Positions 1-10,028 of a stretch of 64,000 nucleotides of DNA are shown here, one piece after another. A model generated the notes under the pieces. The model made no database searches. It had not been told where the DNA came from and saw nothing but the letters and a program-made list of their open reading frames with translations. This DNA comes from Planctomycetota bacterium (lineage in GTDB: Bacteria; Planctomycetota; Brocadiia; JAADGH01), in the NCBI GenBank assembly GCA_040755855.1, contig JBFMAD010000001.1, positions 358,466-422,465 on the forward strand. The letters are read 5' to 3'. Each line of letters opens with the position of its first letter. The stretch's first letter is position 1. Position numbers and translations under genes: made by a program.

Positions 1-18
1 GTTCCGGTGTTCTCTCCC

Positions 19-47
19 TTGACTGTGGTGCGTCCATAGCATAGAAT
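19..47 (+). promoter_or_regulatory. sigma70-type promoter for the epimerase-GH2-decarboxylase genes
   Basis: TTGACT (19-24), 17-nt spacer, TAGAAT (42-47), followed by an AGGAG RBS and the first ORF. Confidence 0.65.
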
Positions 48-73
48 TTTTCCACCGTGACACAGGAGTCCTT

Positions 74-907
74 TTGGGAGAATTGCCGATGGCCATGAAA
101 CTTACTGCGCAGGCGGACAGTTACCGGACCGAGGAGCATGACTTCGCCTATGCCGTGGCGAAGACCAAGGAGCTGGGGTTCAAATACATCGAGCCGGAGG
201 TGATGACGGGGCGCTGCCTGCTCAACATCCACGGCTACTGCAACATCACCAGCCTCGAAGACGACCCGATGGACATGCGCAAGATGATCGAGAAGGCGGG
301 CCTGAAGGTCGCCTGTCTCAGCGCCCACACGAACCTGATCAACACGGAGTACGGCGTGGACTACCTGCGCAAGGCCTTTCGCTTTGCCTACATCCTCGGC
401 GCGCCGATCGTCAACACCGCCGAGGGCGTCAAGCCGCCGGACATGCCCGACAAGGTGGCCTTCAACATCATCCAATACAATCTTGAAACGCTGTTGAAGA
501 CCGCCGAGAACTACAACATCAAGCTCTCCGTCGAGCCGCACGGCATCTACACCACCAAGGCCGAGGGGCTGCTCAAGATCATGAGCCTGGCCGACTCGCC
601 GTATCTCGGCATCAACTTCGACACCGGCAACACCACCGTCGCCGGCAGCGACGCGGTGAAGACGCTGAAGGCCGTGCTGAAACACGTCATTCACGTTCAT
701 GTGAAGGACATCAAGCGGGCCGAGGTGGACGCCAGCCACGAGACAGGCGTCACCGCCGGGTGCGCCATCGGCGACGGGGAGGTGGATATCGAGGGGTGCA
801 TCAAGCTGCTGAAAGGACGCAAGTACGACGGCGCCCTCGCCATCGAATGTCACAGCAGCCAGGCGCTCAAGAAGAGCAAGGCGTTCCTCGATCCGCTGAT
901 CTCCTAA
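74..907 (+). CDS. sugar phosphate isomerase/epimerase (AP endonuclease 2 TIM-barrel family)
   Basis: Metal-binding motifs VEPH, NFDTGN, HVHVKD, GDGEVD, AIEC. Start is TTG74 or ATG89/95. Confidence 0.85.
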   Translation: MGELPMAMKLTAQADSYRTEEHDFAYAVAKTKELGFKYIEPEVMTGRCLLNIHGYCNITSLEDDPMDMRKMIEKAGLKVACLSAHTNLINTEYGVDYLRKAFRFAYILGAPIVNTAEGVKPPDMPDKVAFNIIQYNLETLLKTAENYNIKLSVEPHGIYTTKAEGLLKIMSLADSPYLGINFDTGNTTVAGSDAVKTLKAVLKHVIHVHVKDIKRAEVDASHETGVTAGCAIGDGEVDIEGCIKLLKGRKYDGALAIECHSSQALKKSKAFLDPLIS

Positions 908-941
908 ACGAACTCAAACCACCTAACGGAGGGTGCATACG

Positions 942-3900
942 ATGAAGCTCAAACCCATCGTCGCGCTGGTCATTGTGCTTTTCGGTCTTGGCGTAGTTTC
1001 CTCTCTCCATGCCCGCGAGGAAGTCTCGCTCAACGGCGCTTGGCAGGTTCAATACTCCGCCGACGCCGACAAACCGCCGACGGGGGAATGGACGGACGTG
1101 GACGTCCCCTCCATGCTGACCATGCGCAAGGACACGCCGCACGTCTGGTATCGGCGGACGTTCTCCGTCCCCGACTCCATGCGCGGCAAGCATCTCCTCC
1201 TCCAGTTCACCGGCGTGAAATTCGTGTCGAAAGTCTGGGTCAACGGCACGGACGTCGGCGGGCACTACGGCGGATGGGAGCCCTTCGCGCTCGACGTAAC
1301 CGAGGCGTGCAAGCCCGGCGAAAACGAGCTTCTGGTGCGGGCCGGCGACGTGCGCAGCGTCATTGACGAGACGCTGGACATCGAGAAACTGGAGAAGGGA
1401 GACCAACTCGTCGAGCTGGCGAAGGATTCGATCATGGCCCCCATCGGGTCGCGCACGGGCGACGTCGGCATCTGGCAGGACGTCGCGCTCGTCGCCCAAA
1501 ACGACGTCTTCGTGGACGACGTCTTCATCAAGACCTCCGTCCGCAAGAAGCAGATTGACGTGGATGTCACCCTACGCAATCTCGGCAAGACCGACCGGCC
1601 CGTCCGCCTGAAGGCCCATGTTTTGGACGGAGACGCTGCGGCCCTGACCTTCGACGAGCAGGACGTGACCGTCCCCGCGGGCGGGACGAAGACGGTGGCG
1701 ATCTCGAAGCCGTGGGAATCGCCCAAGCTCTGGTCGCACCTCTCGCCGCACCTCTACCACCTCGTCACCGCCGTGGAGAGCGATGGGAACGAACTGGACT
1801 CGCTGAAGACGCGCTTCGGCTTCCGCGAGTTCTGGATTGACGGCATCTACTTTGTCCTGAACGGGACGCGGATCAAGTTCCTCGCCACGGCCGGGCATCC
1901 GCCGACGACGTCCGATATCGAGACGGCCAAGCGCTACTACGCGGGCATGCGCGGGGCCAACGTCATGGCCGTCCGCCTCCATGCCAACCTCTGGCCGACG
2001 TGGTGGTTCGACGCCGCCGACGAGGTCGGCATGTTGGTCGTGCAGGAGTCGGCGCTGTGGTGCTTCTCCAGGAATTACGCCCTGTCGAAACCCGCCTTCT
2101 GGGAAAATTATCGCAACCACCTGCGCGGGATGTTCGGCCGCGACAAGAACCATCCCTGCATCATGTTCTACAGCCTGGAAAACGAAATCCTCCACTGCGG
2201 CGGCGACTATATCGCCGAGACGGAGCAGAACCTCGCCGACGTGGGCCTCTTCATGAAACAACTTGATCCGACCCGGCCGATCATGTACGACGCCGACGGC
2301 GACCCGAAGGGCGCGGCCGATGTGGTGAACCTGCACTACACCCACGAGTTCCCCGAATACAACATGTTCCCCGACACCTGCTACTGGGTTGACGACGTCC
2401 ACCCCGTCCCCAAGTGGCTCGGCAAGGAGTGGAAGTGGGACCGGAAGAAGCCCCTCTACATGGGCGAGTTCATGTGGTCGCCGGCGGAGGTGCCCGGGCC
2501 GTACGCCCTCTTCCTCGGCGACGACGCCTACCCCGACTTCCGCCTCGGCCGCACCCGCGCCAAGGCCATGGCATGGCGATTCCAGGTCGAGGCGTTCCGA
2601 CAGGAAGAGCTGGCGGGCATGTGTCCGTGGACGCTCTGGGAGAGTCGCGGCTTCCCCGAGGATGACGGGATCATGTACCCCACCATCCGCCGCGTCTATG
2701 AGCCGAACGCCGCCTTCGTCCGGGAGTATGATTGCCGATTTTTCGGCGGCGAGTCCGTCAAACGCACGGTCTATCTCTACAACGATACATTCGCAAATGC
2801 GAATTTGACCCTGAAGTGGGAACTCAAGAAGGACGGCCAGGCGGTGGATTCCGGCGAGCATACCTTCGCCGCTGCGCCCGCGCAGAAGATTGATACCGAG
2901 GTCACGCTGAAGATGCCGGAAGTGGCCGAACGCACGCCGCTCGAGTTTGTCGTCAAGGTGAAAAACGGCGACCGTCTCGCCTTCGAGGACACACATGCCT
3001 ATTGGGCCTTCCCCCGCCGCAAGCCGCAGATCACGGGCAAGGGGCGGATCGCCATCCTCGGCGGCGCAGGGGTGGAAGAGTCGGTCCTCGATGAGGCGGG
3101 GGTCGCCTACACCAAGATCGCGGACCTGTCCCAGCCCATCGAGGCCGACCTGCTTATCATCGGCGCGAGCGCCCTCGACCGCATGAAGACCGAGACCGAC
3201 ATGCCGACCGTCGGCGACGACGCCACGGCCATGCACCGTCTGGCCGACTTCACGGCCAAGGGCGGCGCGGTCCTCGTGTTGGAGCAGACGGCCTACCCGC
3301 CCGGCCTCCTTCCGGCCAGCCTGGCGAAGAAGGGCTGCACCATCGCCTTTCAGCAGGCATTCCACCATCCGGCGCTCAAGCGCGTGCAGGATGGCGATTT
3401 CAAGTTCTGGCGCGGCGACCACGCCGTCGCCCGGGACGCGGTGCTCAAACCCCGCATCGGCAGCTTCGTCTCCCTCTGCGACGCAAGCGCCGAGGGGGGC
3501 ATGGTGTACTGCCCACTCATCGAAATCCGCAACGGCCGTGGACGCTATTTCCTGTCGCAGCTCCTCATCGCCGAGAAGATGAAGACTGAACCCATGGCCC
3601 AGATTCTCTTCGAAGACCTCGTAAACACCGCCCTGACCTCCCCCCCGCCGGAACGGAAGATCGCCGTTGTCCAGGAGACGATGAAGTTGACCGACGACCT
3701 GACGACCGTCGGCGCGTCATTCGTTGACCTCTCCGGCAAGCTGGCGGACGCCGACCTGTCGCCCTTCCCCGCCTTGCTCGTCGAGGCCGAGGCAAAGGAG
3801 GTTACGAGCAACGTCGCCCGCCTCCGCGACTACGCCGAGAAGGGCGGGACGATCCTCCTGCACGGCGCGACGCCCGACGGTCTGGCCCGGCTGAAGGGGC

Positions 3901-5033
3901 TGCTTCCCGAAGCAATCCAACTCCGCCCCTCGGCGGCATTGCCCGTTGTCATTGACCAACGCGCCCCGTGGATTGACGGCATGTCCAATGAGGACATCTA
4001 CTGGCTTGGAAAGCCGACAGGCATCCGCTACCAGCCCATTCCCTGCACGCAGAAGATATATGATTTCATCGTGACGCCCGGCCTGCCGGATGATGCGCAG
4101 TGCAAGACCATCGAAGCGGAGACGATGGAACTCGGCGAGGGCGAGCCACAGCGGACGGAGGAGGGCGACGTCGGCCTGTTCCGCAACGGTGACATCGTCA
4201 CCGAGATCGAGTTCCCCGAGACCGCCGAGTACGCCTTCGCCATCCGCGCGCGGGGGACGCCCGTGGAGAACGTCTATCCCGCGATGGCCCTGCACATTGA
4301 CAACAAGGTGGCCGCCTCGGTCGCACTGTCCGGGCCGGATTGGCAGACGGTTCTTGCGTCGGTCAAGGTGGAGGGCGGGCGACATCGCGTGGCGCTGGTC
4401 TTCACCAACGACGGATGGGACCCGGCCAAGGGCGAGGATCGCAATCTCTGGATCGACAAGCTCATGTGGGGGCGAAGCCCGGAAATCCCTGGGGAGCGGA
4501 TCCTCCGTCCGGCGGCGCTGACCCACACGCCCATCGGCAAGGGCGGCTGCCTCATTGACCAGGTCAACTGGCACGGCCGCACACCTTCGCTCGACAAGGC
4601 CGCGCGCTATCTCATCAACCTGCTGACGAACCTCGGCATCGCGTTCGAGCGCCGCCCGGCCGGTCTCGCCATCGCCGGGGGAGACATGCAGCGCGGCGAC
4701 GACAGTGCCGTCAACCGGATCAGCGGCAAGATCGCCTATCTCGGCGGGAACGGATCGGTATTCGCAAATGTGAAATTTGTGAAGGCAAGGAACTACGTCT
4801 TCGAGGTCGAGGTCCAGGGCACGGAGGCGGAGGGCGAGTTCCCCATCGTGCGCCTCCTCCTCGACGACCGCAAGGTCGGCGAGCAGCAGATTCAGCGCGC
4901 CGGCTGGTCCATCCTGCGCTACGAGGCGGAGGTCCCTGCGGGGGAGCACAAGGTCACGCTCGAATTCACGAACGACCTATGGCGACCTCCCGAGGACCGG
5001 AACCTCCAGATCGGGCAGTTGGTGATTCGTTGA
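942..5033 (+). CDS. secreted glycoside hydrolase family 2 (beta-galactosidase/glucuronidase-like) with two C-terminal carbohydrate-binding modules
   Basis: Signal peptide; SLNGAW, WYRRTF, VWVNG..G.H.GG, PKLWS...PHLY, RFGFR, DAADEVG, RDKNHP, YSLENE (acid/base), DPTRP, MGEF (probable nucleophile); two FTND..DRNL repeats. GGAGG RBS before ATG942. Confidence 0.85.
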   Translation: MKLKPIVALVIVLFGLGVVSSLHAREEVSLNGAWQVQYSADADKPPTGEWTDVDVPSMLTMRKDTPHVWYRRTFSVPDSMRGKHLLLQFTGVKFVSKVWVNGTDVGGHYGGWEPFALDVTEACKPGENELLVRAGDVRSVIDETLDIEKLEKGDQLVELAKDSIMAPIGSRTGDVGIWQDVALVAQNDVFVDDVFIKTSVRKKQIDVDVTLRNLGKTDRPVRLKAHVLDGDAAALTFDEQDVTVPAGGTKTVAISKPWESPKLWSHLSPHLYHLVTAVESDGNELDSLKTRFGFREFWIDGIYFVLNGTRIKFLATAGHPPTTSDIETAKRYYAGMRGANVMAVRLHANLWPTWWFDAADEVGMLVVQESALWCFSRNYALSKPAFWENYRNHLRGMFGRDKNHPCIMFYSLENEILHCGGDYIAETEQNLADVGLFMKQLDPTRPIMYDADGDPKGAADVVNLHYTHEFPEYNMFPDTCYWVDDVHPVPKWLGKEWKWDRKKPLYMGEFMWSPAEVPGPYALFLGDDAYPDFRLGRTRAKAMAWRFQVEAFRQEELAGMCPWTLWESRGFPEDDGIMYPTIRRVYEPNAAFVREYDCRFFGGESVKRTVYLYNDTFANANLTLKWELKKDGQAVDSGEHTFAAAPAQKIDTEVTLKMPEVAERTPLEFVVKVKNGDRLAFEDTHAYWAFPRRKPQITGKGRIAILGGAGVEESVLDEAGVAYTKIADLSQPIEADLLIIGASALDRMKTETDMPTVGDDATAMHRLADFTAKGGAVLVLEQTAYPPGLLPASLAKKGCTIAFQQAFHHPALKRVQDGDFKFWRGDHAVARDAVLKPRIGSFVSLCDASAEGGMVYCPLIEIRNGRGRYFLSQLLIAEKMKTEPMAQILFEDLVNTALTSPPPERKIAVVQETMKLTDDLTTVGASFVDLSGKLADADLSPFPALLVEAEAKEVTSNVARLRDYAEKGGTILLHGATPDGLARLKGLLPEAIQLRPSAALPVVIDQRAPWIDGMSNEDIYWLGKPTGIRYQPIPCTQKIYDFIVTPGLPDDAQCKTIEAETMELGEGEPQRTEEGDVGLFRNGDIVTEIEFPETAEYAFAIRARGTPVENVYPAMALHIDNKVAASVALSGPDWQTVLASVKVEGGRHRVALVFTNDGWDPAKGEDRNLWIDKLMWGRSPEIPGERILRPAALTHTPIGKGGCLIDQVNWHGRTPSLDKAARYLINLLTNLGIAFERRPAGLAIAGGDMQRGDDSAVNRISGKIAYLGGNGSVFANVKFVKARNYVFEVEVQGTEAEGEFPIVRLLLDDRKVGEQQIQRAGWSILRYEAEVPAGEHKVTLEFTNDLWRPPEDRNLQIGQLVIR

Positions 5034-5069
5034 GCACAACACCGCGTGTGTGGGATTAAGGAGAGAAGT

Positions 5070-6719
5070 GTGGTCAAACAACAGTCGATCGGACAATACC
5101 TGCTGAACCAGCTCCACCAACGCGGCGTGCGCCACATCTTCGGCATCCCGGGCGACTACGTCCTCGGCTTCTACGAGATGATCGGCAAGAGCCGCATCAA
5201 GCACATCGGCACGACGCGCGAGGACTCGGCGGGCCTGGCTGCCGACGCCTACGCGCGCGTGAACGGCATCGGAGCGGTCTGCGTCACCTATTGCGTGGGC
5301 GGGTTGAACATCACCAATCCCATCGCGGGGGCCTACGCGGAGAAGTCCGCCGTCGTCGTCATCAGCGGCGCGCCCGGCCTCAAGGAGCGCGAGCGCAACC
5401 CCCTCCTCCACCACCGGGTGCGCGACTTCGCCACGCAGAAGGAAATTTTTGAGAAGATCACCGTAGCCAGCGCGGCCCTGGACGATCCGTTGACCGCGTT
5501 TCACGAAGTGGACCGGGTGCTGCACGCCTTGGAACGATACCGGCGTCCCGTTTACTTTGAGATCCCCCGCGACATGGTTCATGCCGCCCGCCCCCATGTG
5601 CCCCGGCGCGAGCCACCTATCCCCGTGGCCGACCCGGAGACCCTTCAAGAGGCCATCGCCGAAGCAACGAGAATGATCAATGCCAGCAAGCGCCCCGTCA
5701 TCATCGCAGGCGTGGAGGTGCACCGCTTCGGCCTGCAAGACTCGCTCGTGAAGCTCATCCAGAAGACCAACATCCCCGTCGCGGCCACGCTGCTGGGCAA
5801 GTCGGTCATCAGCGAGGCCCATCCGATGTACATCGGCATCTACGAGGGCGCCATGGGCCGCAAGGAAGTGACGGACTACGTCGAGTCGAGCGACTGCGTG
5901 ATCCTGCTCGGCGCGTTTATGACCGACATCAACCTCGGCATCTACACGGCCAATCTCGATCAGGGCGCGTCCGTTTACGCCACGTCCGAGAAAGTCACGA
6001 TCCGCAGGCACTCCTACGAGGACATTCGCTTTCGAGACTTTTTTGCCGCCCTCCTCAAAGCCAAATTCAAACACCGAAAGAGTCCGAAGCTGCCGGAGAT
6101 GCACAATATCGGCGCCGAACCCGAACCGCCGCCCGACTCGAAAATGACCGTCAAGAACCTTTTCCGGGAACTGGACGGATTCATCACAAAGGACATGGTC
6201 GTCGTCTCCGACATCGGCGACTGCCTCTTCGGCGCGGTGGACATGAAGATTCGCGAGCGGACGGAGTTCATCAGCCCGGCCTACTACACATCCATGGGTT
6301 TCGGCGTGCCCGCCGCCATCGGGGCGCAGTTGGCCAATCCGAAGCTCCGCCCCCTCGTAGTCGTGGGCGACGGGGCCTTCCAGATGACCGGCCTGGAGCT
6401 CTCCACCGCCGTGCGGCTGAAGCAGAACCCCATCGTCGTTGTCCTGAACAATGAGGGATACAGCACGGAACGCCACATTGCCGACGGCCCCTTCAACGAC
6501 ATCGGCATGTGGGCCTACAGCAAGGTTCCCGAATTGCTCGATGCGGGGAAGGGGTTCGAGGTCAAGACGCAGGCCGATCTCGTGCGGGCCTTGCGCACAG
6601 CCCGAGACAACGACAAGACGTTCAGCATCATCAACGTGCACCTGGACAAGTACGACAAGTCCCCCGCCCTCGCACGGCTTGCCGAGCGCCTGGCGGCAAG
6701 GGTGAAGGGAAAGGAATAG
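5070..6719 (+). CDS. ThDP-dependent alpha-keto acid decarboxylase (indolepyruvate/pyruvate decarboxylase family)
   Basis: FGIPGDY, AADAYAR, GAYAEK, LLHH, ThDP motif GDGAFQMT...LNNEGY.TER. GTG5070 follows AAGGAG. Confidence 0.9.
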   Translation: MVKQQSIGQYLLNQLHQRGVRHIFGIPGDYVLGFYEMIGKSRIKHIGTTREDSAGLAADAYARVNGIGAVCVTYCVGGLNITNPIAGAYAEKSAVVVISGAPGLKERERNPLLHHRVRDFATQKEIFEKITVASAALDDPLTAFHEVDRVLHALERYRRPVYFEIPRDMVHAARPHVPRREPPIPVADPETLQEAIAEATRMINASKRPVIIAGVEVHRFGLQDSLVKLIQKTNIPVAATLLGKSVISEAHPMYIGIYEGAMGRKEVTDYVESSDCVILLGAFMTDINLGIYTANLDQGASVYATSEKVTIRRHSYEDIRFRDFFAALLKAKFKHRKSPKLPEMHNIGAEPEPPPDSKMTVKNLFRELDGFITKDMVVVSDIGDCLFGAVDMKIRERTEFISPAYYTSMGFGVPAAIGAQLANPKLRPLVVVGDGAFQMTGLELSTAVRLKQNPIVVVLNNEGYSTERHIADGPFNDIGMWAYSKVPELLDAGKGFEVKTQADLVRALRTARDNDKTFSIINVHLDKYDKSPALARLAERLAARVKGKE

Positions 6720-6740
6720 AGGCGCGGAGTTCTGCGGACA

Positions 6741-6775
6741 TAACCTCCCGGAGGTTCTGAACCTCCGGGAGGTTA
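6741..6775. repeat. intergenic palindrome (REP-like element or terminator-type hairpin)
   Basis: TAACCTCCCGGAGGTTC-T-GAACCTCCGGGAGGTTA: a perfect 17-bp inverted repeat whose arms are each near-palindromic. Confidence 0.7.
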
Positions 6776-6793
6776 GAAGTTTGGAGACTCGGC

Positions 6794-8338
6794 ATGGGTC
6801 TGTTGCTCGGCATTGACATCGGCACATCAAGCATCAAGGCCGTCCTCTACAACTCCGAGACGGGGAAGACCGTCGGCGAGGCCAGCCGGGAATATGCCCT
6901 GCGTTTTCCCATGCTCAATGGCGCGGAGCAGGATGCCGACGACTGGTGGCTGGCGGCGTGCGAGGCCGTACGGGAGGTGATCGGGACAACGCAGACCTAC
7001 ACGCGCCTGATCGAGGCCGTCGGCGTCGGCGGGCAGGGATGGTCGTGCCTGCCCGTGGACGCGGCCGGCAAGCCATTGCGCCCCGCCATGCTCTGGCTCG
7101 ACCGGCGGGCGGAGGAGGAGTGCCGATGGTTAGAAAAAGAGTTCGACCGCGACCGCCTCTTCGAAATCACCGGCAACCGCATTGATCCCGCCTACATCAC
7201 GCCAAAAATGCTGTGGCTGGAGAAGCACGAGCCGGACCTCTACAAGCGTGCCCGGCGCTGGCTGACCTCCGAGGGCTACCTCGTCTCCCTCCTGACGGGC
7301 AAACACACACTCAGCCTATCGAGCGGCTACGGCTACTACTTTTTCGACATGGCAAAGGGGCAATACGTGGAGGACCTGGCCGAGCGGATGTCTATGGATC
7401 TCGAAACCATGCCCCCCATCCGCCGCGCCTTCGAGGTTGCGGGGGAGGTGACCTCGGTCGCCGCCCGATCCACGGGCCTGCACGCCGGCACACCGGTCGT
7501 TGTCGGGGGACTCGACGCCGCCTGCGCGGCCCTCGGCGCGGGGGTGGTGGACTACGGCCAGACGCAGGACCAGGGCGGGACGGCGGCGGGGATGTCCATC
7601 TACATGGACCGCCCCCTCGCGCACCGCGACCTGATCCTCGGCTGGCATGTCGCCCCGAACTCGTGGCTCCTGCAAGGGGGGACCGTCGGCGGAGGGTCAA
7701 GCCTGAAATGGTTCCGCGACACGTTCGGAATCTCCGCCCCTGTCGGCGGCCCCGATGGACCCGACGCCTATGAGCTCCTGTCGCGGGAGGCGGCGGAAGC
7801 CGAGCCGGGGGCGGGCGGTGTGATCTTCCTACCCTACCTTGCAGGGGAGCGTTCGCCCATCTGGGACACCGAGGCGCGCGGGGCATTCTTCGGCCTCACC
7901 TTCGCAACGAAACGGCCCCATCTCGTCCGTGCCGTCATGGAGGGCGCGGCCTTTGCGCTGCAGCACAATCTCGAAACGGCGCGAAAGGCGGGGGCGAGGG
8001 TGGATCTTCTGCTCGCCGTGGGCGGGGCGGCCCGGAGCGACGTATGGTGCCAGATCAAGGCCGATGTATCCGGCCTGCCGATTCGTGTGCCAGTGGTTTC
8101 CGACGGCACGGCCCTCGGCGCAGCGATCCTGGCGGGGGTGGGCGCGGGGGTATTTCAGGATGTCCGGCACGGCGTGCGGCAGATGGTCCACGTGGATCGG
8201 TCCTTTGATCCACGGTCGGAGAACCATGAACGGTATCAGGAACTCTTCGATATCTACCGGGGCCTTTACGATCGCCTCAAGGACAGCATGCACGCCGTCG
8301 GTCGCTTTGTCCGAAAGGAGCAGACATCCAGCCGATGA
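6794..8338 (+). CDS. FGGY-family carbohydrate kinase (xylulokinase-like)
   Basis: LGIDIGTSSIK, EQDADDWW, WLDRRA, PKMLWL, FLPYLAGERSP, RAVMEG, GGAARS, GAAILAG. Confidence 0.9.
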   Translation: MGLLLGIDIGTSSIKAVLYNSETGKTVGEASREYALRFPMLNGAEQDADDWWLAACEAVREVIGTTQTYTRLIEAVGVGGQGWSCLPVDAAGKPLRPAMLWLDRRAEEECRWLEKEFDRDRLFEITGNRIDPAYITPKMLWLEKHEPDLYKRARRWLTSEGYLVSLLTGKHTLSLSSGYGYYFFDMAKGQYVEDLAERMSMDLETMPPIRRAFEVAGEVTSVAARSTGLHAGTPVVVGGLDAACAALGAGVVDYGQTQDQGGTAAGMSIYMDRPLAHRDLILGWHVAPNSWLLQGGTVGGGSSLKWFRDTFGISAPVGGPDGPDAYELLSREAAEAEPGAGGVIFLPYLAGERSPIWDTEARGAFFGLTFATKRPHLVRAVMEGAAFALQHNLETARKAGARVDLLLAVGGAARSDVWCQIKADVSGLPIRVPVVSDGTALGAAILAGVGAGVFQDVRHGVRQMVHVDRSFDPRSENHERYQELFDIYRGLYDRLKDSMHAVGRFVRKEQTSSR

Positions 8339-9375
8339 AAGCCCTTGTGCTCCATGCGCCCGGCCAAGTCAGGATTGATGACGTCGCAAAGCCCGTCCCG
8401 GGGCCGACGGACGTCCTCGTCCACGTCCGGGCGTGCGGGGTGTGCGGGTCGGACCTGGCGCGGGAGGCGGGCGCGGCGCACCACTTCCCCATCATCCTCG
8501 GCCATGAGTTTGCCGGGGAGGTAACGGAGGTTGGATCCGAAGTCGAACGATGGGCGGCGGGCGCTCGCGTAGTTGCCGTTCCCCTCCTGCCCTGTTTCGC
8601 ATGTGCGAATTGCAGGGCGGGCCTCTATGCCCTGTGCGCCGACTACTCCTTCATCGGGTCGCGCCGCGACGGCGGCATGGCGGAGTTCTGCATCGCGCCG
8701 GAACGGAATCTGTTCCCCCTGCCCGACAAGCTGGGCTTCGCCGAGGGTGTGCTGTTCGAGCCGGCGACAGTCACGCTGCACGGCCTGCTCATGCTGCCGA
8801 AGCCCGGCAGGTATCGCACCGTAGTCGTCCTGGGCGTCGGGACCATCGGCGCCTTCGGAATCCAGTGGGCGAGGTCGCTGGGGGCGTCGAAGATCATCGC
8901 AGCGGACATCCGCGACGATGCACTGGCCCTCGCTTCCGCAGTCGGGGCGGCAACGACGATCAATTCGGCAAAGGAGAACGTCGTGGAGATCGTCATGCGG
9001 GACACCGACGGCGGGGCGGATCTGGTGATCGAGACGGCCGGCGTCCCCGCGTCGCAGACGGTGGCGTGGGAGCTGGCCCGACCGCGCGGGCATGTCCTCC
9101 AGGTGGGAACGGCGACGCGTCCGGTGGATTTTCCACCCGAAGTGTTCGAGAAGCTCCTCCGCCGCGAGCTGACGGTGCACGGGTCGTGGATGTCCTACTC
9201 GATTCCGTTCCCGGGGCGTGAATGGACCATGACGGCGGAGGCGTTCGTTTCGGGCCGGCTCATCTGGGAGCCGGTCATTTCCCATCGGCTGCTTCTGGGG
9301 GAATCCGTTCAGGCCTTTTCTTTGGCCCGCACCTCTTGTGGAAAGGTGCTGATCGAGATGAAAAATACCGAATAG
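8335..9375 (+). CDS. zinc-dependent sugar/polyol dehydrogenase (galactitol-1-phosphate 5-dehydrogenase-like)
   Basis: CGVCGSD, GHE, structural Zn site C-x2-C-x2-C-x7-C, GVGTIG, GSWMSYS; ATGA overlap with the kinase. Confidence 0.9.
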   Translation: MKALVLHAPGQVRIDDVAKPVPGPTDVLVHVRACGVCGSDLAREAGAAHHFPIILGHEFAGEVTEVGSEVERWAAGARVVAVPLLPCFACANCRAGLYALCADYSFIGSRRDGGMAEFCIAPERNLFPLPDKLGFAEGVLFEPATVTLHGLLMLPKPGRYRTVVVLGVGTIGAFGIQWARSLGASKIIAADIRDDALALASAVGAATTINSAKENVVEIVMRDTDGGADLVIETAGVPASQTVAWELARPRGHVLQVGTATRPVDFPPEVFEKLLRRELTVHGSWMSYSIPFPGREWTMTAEAFVSGRLIWEPVISHRLLLGESVQAFSLARTSCGKVLIEMKNTE

Positions 9376-9453
9376 CCTGGTCCCGGGGTGCGTAGGTATT
9401 TCCAATAACATGAAGAACCGCACTGGAATTGCGGACGATTTGGAGGGCGCGAC

Positions 9454-9867
9454 ATGAACGGCACTGAAGCCGATCCCGGCGCACAAGTGGTTTTGTGGAT
9501 CATTCGGATTGCGGGCGCGGCGCTGCTCATCCTGTCGGCGGTCTGTCACAAGCTCCCGCGCAATCGTCTCGCCGGCATCCGATTTCCCCACACGCTGGCC
9601 GACGATGAGATGTGGGGAAAGGTCCATCGGCGCGGACGATGGGTATTTTTTGTCCTTGGACTGGCCTGCTTCGTTCCGATCCGATCCTTGCAGGGCCTTA
9701 TTACCTTCACGATCGGATTTCTTGCCGTGCTTATTGTATCTACGGTCTATCTGTACGTTTATGCCCGGCGGGAGTATCGCAACAAATTCGGCACAACGAG
9801 AGTGGTTTCCATCGGCTTTTGCAAGTTCCGCCCGCCCACGGAGGAGGAGCTGAAGCAGGACGTCTGA
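9454..9867 (+). CDS. SdpI/YhfL-family membrane protein
   Basis: PRNRLAGIRFPHTL...W.KVHR resembles the SdpI N.xxG.RT..T...W motif; three hydrophobic segments; GGAGG RBS. Confidence 0.7.
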   Translation: MNGTEADPGAQVVLWIIRIAGAALLILSAVCHKLPRNRLAGIRFPHTLADDEMWGKVHRRGRWVFFVLGLACFVPIRSLQGLITFTIGFLAVLIVSTVYLYVYARREYRNKFGTTRVVSIGFCKFRPPTEEELKQDV

Positions 9868-9945
9868 GAGATCTCCCTGCACCCATTCACGCGTCGCGGG
9901 CGATGTGGCTTTGCCTCAGAAAAGTGGAATTCCTCAGATTTTTCG

Positions 9946-9973
9946 TTGACATTTTCCGCTCCTTTATCATAAT
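9946..9973 (+). promoter_or_regulatory. probable promoter of the cNMP-AckA-PduL gene
   Basis: TTGACA (9946-9951) then CATAAT after 16 nt; a TATAAT also lies at 9985-9990. Confidence 0.5.
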
Positions 9974-10028
9974 CAGTGCTTTCTTATAATCTCTTATTCC
10001 CCGGCGAGCTGCGACAAAGGGGAGGATA

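Noticed and set aside
1572..6830. Long antisense ORFs (1572-3422, 3717-4949, 4977-6830)
   Set aside because: They are shadows of the GH2 and decarboxylase genes in GC-rich DNA and have no recognisable motifs.
9454..9867. Possible toxin-immunity module around the SdpI-like gene
   Set aside because: No adjacent toxin or SdpR-like regulator is visible.
8266..9882. 538-aa minus-strand ORF
   Set aside because: It overlaps two well-supported plus-strand genes and has no family motif.
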